Shown one piece after another: positions 56,290 to 64,000 of a stretch of 64,000 bases of DNA. The position numbers were made by a program, and so were the translations under genes. The notes under the pieces were generated by a model. That model saw only the letters and a list, made by a program, of their open reading frames with translations. It made no database searches and was not told where the DNA came from. Numbering within the stretch: the stretch's first letter is position 1; each line of letters begins with the position of its first letter. The stretch is from Blastocystis sp. Blastoise (taxonomy: Eukaryota; Protista; Bigyra: Opalinata): the NCBI GenBank assembly GCA_039096225.1, contig JBBPEB010000004.1, positions 1 through 64,000 on the forward strand, given 5' to 3'.

Positions 56290-57277
56290 AAAGTGTCACA
56301 ACTTGTCGCAACTTTTTCGCAACTTTGTCACAATTTTTGAACCGCTCTAATCTATGTTTATTCTTTTATAAAACAGCACTGGATCTTTTGTATCCATTGA
56401 AAAATATAAATAATCATATAGTTTTTTATGGACTATTTCTTTTGATCAGACAAATACAATGACAAAGAAAATATAATAAGACTGATAATTGTGCCTAATC
56501 TATATATAAATAAATAATAATATATATATATATTATTTTGTAGATGGTAAAACTGGAAAAAAGTTCAGTAGAGAGAAAAAGTATGACAGTAACAATAGTG
56601 TAAAGAAATAAAAACATAGACAAAGTAATGGATGCTATATGAATACATTGATGTACACAATAAAAAAAAATAATGAATCATTATAGAAGAAGTACTCCAT
56701 GAACAAAACTATTTACTCCAAAAAACAATAGAATTGAGTATCTCTGACACTTTAATGGACTTTAAGTACATCAACTATTGATAACGATAGTTAATTTACA
56801 CAGTAGATCATACACTACACAAAACTTTGTTTTCTTATTAAAAAAATACCATTTTGTTGACATTTGTTTCATAAATGAAGATTTTTCCGTAATAATGATA
56901 CATCTAGCATTTATGCGTATGGTAATAATTGTTTCATATATAACTAGCTCAAAAATAAATAAAAAAGTGATGAAATTTTATCCATTGAATATTTTTAGTC
57001 ATATCATTAGAATATATCTAATATAAGCAATATGAAATATGTTTATTTTCTAATTCTATAACGAGATATGTACAACATAATGCTTTGATCACTTGTAAAA
57101 AGTTAGAATAAGTTGTGAAATAAATTCATGTTTATTTTCATTTTTCAAGTTCTTTTCATCGTTTTTTTGTAAGAAGAAATCAGTCAAAATAAGAAATAGA
57201 ATTGTTTGGTTTATTGATTAACATTTCAGTATTTATATATTATTAATTTAGTTTGTTGATTTATATATAATTCAGAC

Positions 57278-59220
57278 ATGCCAGAAAACGAGAATGAAGG
57301 TAATAAAACAGTTATTGAGACTACTCAACCGATTCCTGAACCTGTGATAGTTCCTAACGATGATGAACATTCTTCAGATAATGAAGACGTATCTGTTGAT
57401 AAGGTTCCTAAGAAAAAATATGCTATTTATTTTGGTTATTGTGGTACAAATTATCAAGGACTTCAAATGTATACGAGATATTTATATAAATATTATTGAA
57501 TCGATGAAATCATGAATCATATGAAATATTTATATAGTAATGGGGATACAAATACAATAGAACTTAAAATTATTGATGCTTTACATAAAGCTAACTTAGT
57601 TTCCGATGTTAATTTTGAAGGTGAACGAACATTTCAAAAAGTAGATAATTTATACATATATATTAATTCATTTTGTTATTAGTCCTAATCATAATTACAT
57701 TTTTCTTATGTGAATAGATTCAATATATGCGAGCTGCTCGTACAGATAAGGGTGTTCATGCTGCAGGTAATTGTGTTAGTTGTAAGTTATTGATAAAGCC
57801 TGGTGATGAAGACAAGGCGTGTGAGTCTTTAAATAGTTTTCTTCCATCAGACATTCGAGTCTTTAAACTTGAAAGGTATATTATTAGGATTCTTGATTTC
57901 TTCTACTACTTCTTCTTCTTATATATATATATATCTTGTTATACTTGCTTATGTATATAGAGTATGTCGTGGATTTAATGCTAAGAATAGTTGCGATAAG
58001 CGTCGTTATGAATACGTTCTGCCGCTTTCAGTTTTGGCGGCAAAAGGAGGTCGTGCCATTCCCTCTATTGAAGAGGAGTTATGTAGTAGTTGGGAAGGAT
58101 ATAAGGAATATAAGGAGGAGAAGGAGAAGGGTCTAGATCCCTTGGGAGGAGATATCCTCATTCAAGATAAGGATCGAAAACAAATATATAATCGTATTAG
58201 TTTACAGACGGCTTGTGCTCTTGAAGATTACGTGAATAATTATAAATATATACCTGACCTACAGGATGAGATGCTAGGCGGAATCGTTCCTTTGAAGGAA
58301 TGTCCTGCAATGACAGAGTTCGTCATCAAGAGATTGAGGGCTGCTCTCTATATATATAAAGGCACTCATAAGTTTCACAATTATACAATAGGTATGTATA
58401 GATCTTCTATTGGTGATGTATATCTATTCTATAGGAAAGAACAGTATGGATCCTCGAAGTTCTCGTTACATGATGGGTTTCACGTGCAGTGATCCCGTAT
58501 ATATTGAGAATACTTTATATCTACGTCTGTGTGTAGAGGGTCAATCCTTTATGCTGAATCAAATACGTAAGATGATCGGTATGGCTATTGAAGTCACACG
58601 AGGAACAATCACACTGTATCACCTCTGGGAGACTCTAGGTAAAGGTAAGATACTATCAAGATTATGATTATTATTTATCGATATACATGATAGATTATCT
58701 ATATATTAATGTATATCTCTTTGTCTATATCAATATACTTTAGTATTAGTATGTATATCCCTATATTATTTTATGTTTAGGAAGTGTCAATACTCCTGTT
58801 GCTCCAGGCGAAGGACTCTTCTTAGATTATTGTATATATGATATGTATAACAAGAAACCGACTTCTGTAATAAAAGTGGACTTCTGTAAGCCAGATATAT
58901 TGAAGGTGAGATCTCTGTTCAAAATGAGTTTTATATATAAAGAAATAGCTTCTCAATTCCAGAGCCAACAGATCTATGAAAAATGGATTCAAGATATTGA
59001 TGATCATTGTGATGGGTATCCGATTATTCCTGTTGATATTAATAAGATCCCTGAAATGGAGAAATATGCACAAAATAAGATTCGTAAGGATAAAACGAAG
59101 AAGAATGCTAATTTTGCTTTGAAGGACCGTAATCATGATGACGAACAGGGGAATCCTAAACGTAAATGCACGGAAGATGATGAACAGAAATGTAATAGAG
59201 ATTCTATTAATGAAGAATAA
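57278..59220 (+). CDS. PUS1: tRNA pseudouridine synthase, TruA/Pus1 family (6 exons)
   Basis: FGYCGTNYQGLQ, RAARTDKGVHA, FNAKNSCDKRRYEY, GTHKFHNYT, GQSFMLNQIRKMIG, PVAPGEGLFL. Confidence 0.92.
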
Positions 59221-59810
59221 GTAGTTTATATCACATTATCAGTAATTAGAACAAATAATACCATTTCGTTATTAAATTTATTTATTTATGGATATTTATT
59301 CATTAGTTTTATTTCGAATCATCGTGCTTGTATATTGATTATATTCTATTGTTTATGTTGTGTTTTTGAATAATTATAATTTAGTTGAATTAGATTTCAT
59401 GTATATTTAAAAAAATATTATCTTATTATTATTATTTTTTATATGAATAACAATTAAATTCAAAAAATGAATCATGTATTTATTTTATTTCCTTAAAGTA
59501 ATATAATCTCTCAAAATTCAAAATGATATTTTTCTTGGAGAAATATATTGTTCAACAACTATACAAAAATTAGAAATGTATATACATAAGTAGCATAAAT
59601 AGAAAAATATTAGCAAAACTAAATGATATAAATGCATATTAGATTAATAAAACAGAAATGATTAATGATCCAAGTAATATTCTCATTAATTAATAGAGTA
59701 TGATAAATGAAAGAGACGAATGTGTAATAATAAAGTCTGAATAAAACATATAGTAAACGGTAATACAAAGTACATAAGTTTAGAAAACTTTTATATTCAT
59801 AAAATGAACA

Positions 59811-60400
59811 TTATTTAAGATCATCTGAAACATGAGAAAGCTTTTCATAAAGTAAATCTGTATCAATAGAATCATAATTATCTGGAATACCCAAATAACG
59901 AAGTAAATCGTTAGATTGCGATTCATTCATAGGTTTGTAAACATGCTGCATAATATGCATAAATAAATCCTTACTGATTTCATTGTTTCCATCAATATCT
60001 AAACATTTAATACAATCCTTTAATTTTTCCTTATCCACTAAAATTATGTATAATATAGTTCAAATTATTGATATTAGTTTTATCAAATCATACTATATAT
60101 AAACTATATATATATCAAACTTACAGACACAATCTAAAGATGAAATGAAAATAAGTAAATCATCAAAAGTGACTTCATCTCCTGTTTTCGAAAAGCTATC
60201 AATGATCTGACTGATTTCACTTTCAGAAGGACAAAAGCCAATGGATCTTATGAACAAACCTATATCTCTTGTAGGTATATAACCTTTTCTATTTTTATCA
60301 TAAAGGTCAAAGTTCTTTTTGAAATTTTCAATCTATAAAGAACATTTAGCAGATCTTAAATATATTAATATACTTGTTCTTCAGTAAAGTCGCGTGACAT
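59811..60400 (-). CDS. Calmodulin/myosin-light-chain-like EF-hand protein (3 exons)
   Basis: MSRDFTEEQIENFKKNFDLYDKNRKGYI..IRSIGFCPSESEI..VTFDDL..LDIDGNNEIS. EF loops are partly degenerate. Confidence 0.85.
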
Positions 60401-60834
60401 CTTAATAAAATAAATAAATGACAAAAACAAAAAACAAGTTTTATGTTTTGCTTTTGTTTTTAAAAAGATATCTCTTTAAGAGTGGACTATCTCTGTTTTT
60501 TATTATGAAAAACTCAAGTTCCATGTTTATCTTAACTTAGATAGTTGATAAAGACTTGATATAATATATCACGAAATAGAATCACTGTATAAAATATGTT
60601 AAATAGTAGTTATAATATTAGTTTTGATTTATTTAACCTGCAATTACAGTCATTATTGTATGAAATATGATGAATCTTCTAAAATAAATTCATAAAACAG
60701 AATTTGTTGTTAAGAAACAATATTTAATTAAAATAGGTTTAAGATATTCGTTTGATTTATATGTATTATTGTTAATCATAAAAAGATAAATCTAAACATA
60801 TTAAAAGTAAACTACAAATATTATATATATATTT

Positions 60835-61937
60835 TTATATTTTTTGGAATCGTCCTTGAATCCAAATTCGATTCATTTCCTGTTCTGTTTTTCTGTTGAT
60901 GATTGTTCTTCGAATATATTTAACATCAATTGGCATTAAGCCTATTCCTTTAAAGAGATTGGTCAATTCTTCTATATATTAAATGAATAACAATATAGTT
61001 ATAAGAATTCTCCCTTCTTAAAATAATAGAATACACATACGGATTTCAAAGTAGTATGTTCGAGTTCCATCCTGTCTGGCATAAAAGTTGTCATCAATCT
61101 TTCGCTCTGGATTAAAACGCAATTCAGCCATATCATAACGGGCATAATCACGGAAAAACACATATCCACCTTGTTTTAATTCTTTAGTAGCATTCGTTAA
61201 GAAATCAACAAATCGATTTGGGGAATTTGCAGAGAGAGCGAATAGAATTAAAACGAAATGAACTCCATCTTGTGGGAGATGAGTGAGAATATCTTGCTTA
61301 GTGACATCTCCTGCCCATACGGTCATACGATCAGGATCATATTTAGGATTATTCTTTAAAGAGACAAGAATAGAAAAAGGACTTAAAAATAATATATATA
61401 TATTTATGGAAATAATAATATATGGACAATAAAATAATAATAATGCTCGAACATATACTTGAATAAGATTAATTGCATTTTGTGAAAAGTCTACAGCATA
61501 TATATATAGATTGGGAAATGTTTCTGACAGAGGGAAGAATGCGTTTCCGACTCCACAACCTACTTCTAGTAATGAATAACTCATTTCTGGATGATCATTA
61601 CATATTTTAAATTCAGGAAAAACAGTATCTAAATAATGTCTATCTTTGTAAAAACGATCACCATTAGATTTATAAAATAAATTCCAATATTTTCCTGCAT
61701 CTTTATCAAACCGTTCTAAAGAAATAATTATAACAAAGTGCATCAACTATTTATACGTGACCAGATAGGACTTAATTGTTTTGTATGCGTTTTTAATACT
61801 TCTATAGCACGTTTTTCTGTTTCAGGATCTAAAAAGTCTTCTTCAATTGCTTCACAACTCTCATCATCGTATTCATTAGAACTAAAAATATTGGAATCAT
61901 AAAAACAACATTATATTAACTTCTAGGAATACTTCAT
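60835..61937 (-). CDS. tRNA m3C methyltransferase, METTL2/6/Trm140-like (5 exons)
   Basis: YWNLFYK..FYKDRHYL..EF, LLEVGCGVGN, DFSQNAI, IFALSA, FRDYARYDMAELRF, YARQDGTRTYYF, NRKTEQEMNRIWIQGRF. Confidence 0.93.
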
Positions 61938-62155
61938 GATATTAATAAGACGAACAACTACTATAATAACAAAGTATTAAGAAACAATCAAATAACCTTG
62001 TTTATTATTGTTTTTTTTGGCACAAAATACTTTTTGAATTCTTCTGGGCTTTTATTCACTTTTTATTATAATAACTCGTATAATATATATATATTTTATT
62101 AGAAAACACTATATTTAACATTAAAAATAATATTATTTAGGAAAACAAACATCTG

Positions 62156-64000
62156 ATGGAGACTCAAGTTCCAAAAGAGCCAAATTACGCAATGCTTCCT
62201 AGTGATTTACCTGCTGGAGGTGAAAAAGAGATTACAAATGTTCATCTTATTGAACAACTGAAAGAGAAACAAAAACGAATTGATAGTTTACAACATGAAA
62301 TACATTTTTACGATGATTTCTTGAGAAAATTCAAAAGAAAAGAGTATATATATATATTGAAAAATTTTTGATTTTAAAGTATAACATCAAAATGTTAATC
62401 ATATGTTTCTGAATATATTTAGGATAACAGAAGAGAATATTTTATCGATTAACTTTAATTTAAGTGAAGAAAATAGTCGTTATAAAGAACAAATCAATAA
62501 AATGAAATTAGTGTTTGACCAAATGCAGCAATTACTTAAAAACACTATTGTATACTTGTTTATATTCTGTTTTCTATTATTTTATAGTGTTTCTGTTGAA
62601 TATTCTTATTTTACAATTATTTCTATTTAATTATATTATTATATCTATATATATAGTCTGAGCGTGATTCCCTTGTTACTCGAGTGAGTCAATTGGAAGA
62701 AGCCATCAGAGCTAAAGAAGACACGATTCAACAACGAGAACTTCGTATTCGTGAACAACTCAAAGAACAGTATTCCATGGAAACTAAAAACCTTCAAACA
62801 CAAATCAAAGTATATATATATATATAGAATTATACGTATTTCTATATTTATTTCCCTTTGTATTCTAGGAATTAACAGGTATGACTTCATTGACTCTGCA
62901 TCGATCATGCTTATATCTTTTCATTCTCTCTCTTACTCTATTATTATTATCATGATTATATAAGTATATATTATAATATATAAAGAGTCTTTGAATGCAG
63001 GTAATCCAACGGATCAAGGTATGCATCAAATGTCTGCTATCAATTCCCTCAATGACTCTATGTATATATATATTATATATGTATATATGTATTCTTCTAT
63101 TAACTATCTATAGTAATCAACAGAAATCGTATTATGATACACAGTTAACTACTGCTCAAGAGACAATATCTACTTTAGAGAAGCAGATTGTGGATCAAGA
63201 GCAGACCCTTCAGAATAATACATTGATGATTAATCGCCTTCAAGCACAAAACAAAGAACTTCAGGAACAAACGGATCAGTTGAAGCTCTCTGTAAATAAT
63301 ATGACTGCTAAGGAAACACCTTCTTCAACCACTTTACAACGTTCTTTGGATAGTTTACTTGCTGATTACACTTATCTATATGAACAAATGATGGCAGTTA
63401 TGCAGGATTATAACACTTTAGTCTCTAAATTTAAAGAAATGGAAGATCTTAATTCGGTATGATTTAGTTGTCTTCTATTCTGTCTTTATATTCTATCTAT
63501 TCTATTCATTCTATTAATTTTATTTTATTTTATTTTATTTTAGTTTATTTTATTTTATTTTATTTTATTTTATTTTATTTTATTTTATTTTATTTTATTA
63601 TATCTCTTCTATTTCTTCTATTTCTTCTATTTCTTCTATCTCTTCTATTTCTTCTATCTCTTCTATCTCTTCTATTTCTTCTATCTCTTCCATCTCTTCC
63701 ATCTCTTCTATCTCTTCTATCTCTATAGACATCTGCAACAAATACTGTGTCTCCCTTCAATGCTTCTTTCATTAATACTTTAGTAACTATGCAACATACT
63801 CAAGAAGTTATGAAGGAGAACGTTTCTCTACATGACAAGCTTCGAGACCTACAGAATCATATCGATACCCGTCTCTCTCAGTCTATTCAACGAACTACAG
63901 AGAATAGCAATGCAGAGCCATATATAGAACCAGATTCCTCTAGGACAATGCAACCCCCTGCTCCTCAAGATCTATCGAATCCCCATGGGAATGAGCCACT
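62156..64000 (+). CDS. Coiled-coil protein of unknown function (runs off the window)
   Basis: E/Q/K/L-rich heptad exons splice in frame through GT-AG introns to the window end. Confidence 0.7.
63520..63724. repeat. Intronic (TATTT)n followed by a 9-bp (CTCTTCTAT)n repeat
   Basis: Direct inspection; explains spurious ORFs 63468-63728 and 63590-63772. Confidence 0.9.

Larger units (their letters stand above)
51591..56349. mobile_element. Composite hAT-derived foldback: ~1.61-kb inverted arms (51590-53201 / 54736-56350) around nested element copies
   Basis: Termini TAGAGCGGTTCAAAA at 51591, 52847 and 53204; their reverse complements end at 54404, 55090 and 56349. Subterminal AGTTGYGACA repeats. 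Mirror-image ORFs in the ORF track. Confidence 0.9.

Overview
Very AT-rich eukaryotic nuclear DNA with many short introns (mostly ~40-200 nt). The taxon cannot be determined from the window; gene content and style suggest a Blastocystis-like gut stramenopile (inference only). Hand splicing gives 10 complete protein genes plus one partial: ZIFL-like MFS transporter, LamG+GH47 alpha-1,2-mannosidase, GH27 alpha-galactosidase/NAGA, two giant paralogous lectin/Ig/HRM-like surface proteins, Atg22/UMF1-like MFS, WDR59-like GATOR2 subunit, Pus1/TruA, calmodulin-like EF-hand protein, METTL2/6-like methyltransferase and a coiled-coil protein. There is also one tRNA-Asn(GTT). Main signals: (1) 4 of roughly 100 introns are U12 (minor-spliceosome) type, three AT-AC and one GT-AT, all with RTATCCTTT donors and a variant (T/A)(C/T)CTTAAT branch box only 7-8 nt from the 3' end; there is also an AT-AG intron in GH47. 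(2) A 4.76-kb foldback built from six hAT transposon ends and two inverted copies of a dead hAT transposase. (3) A ~4,500-codon surface-protein gene with an apparently perfect 840-bp higher-order coding repeat and a single in-frame TGA.
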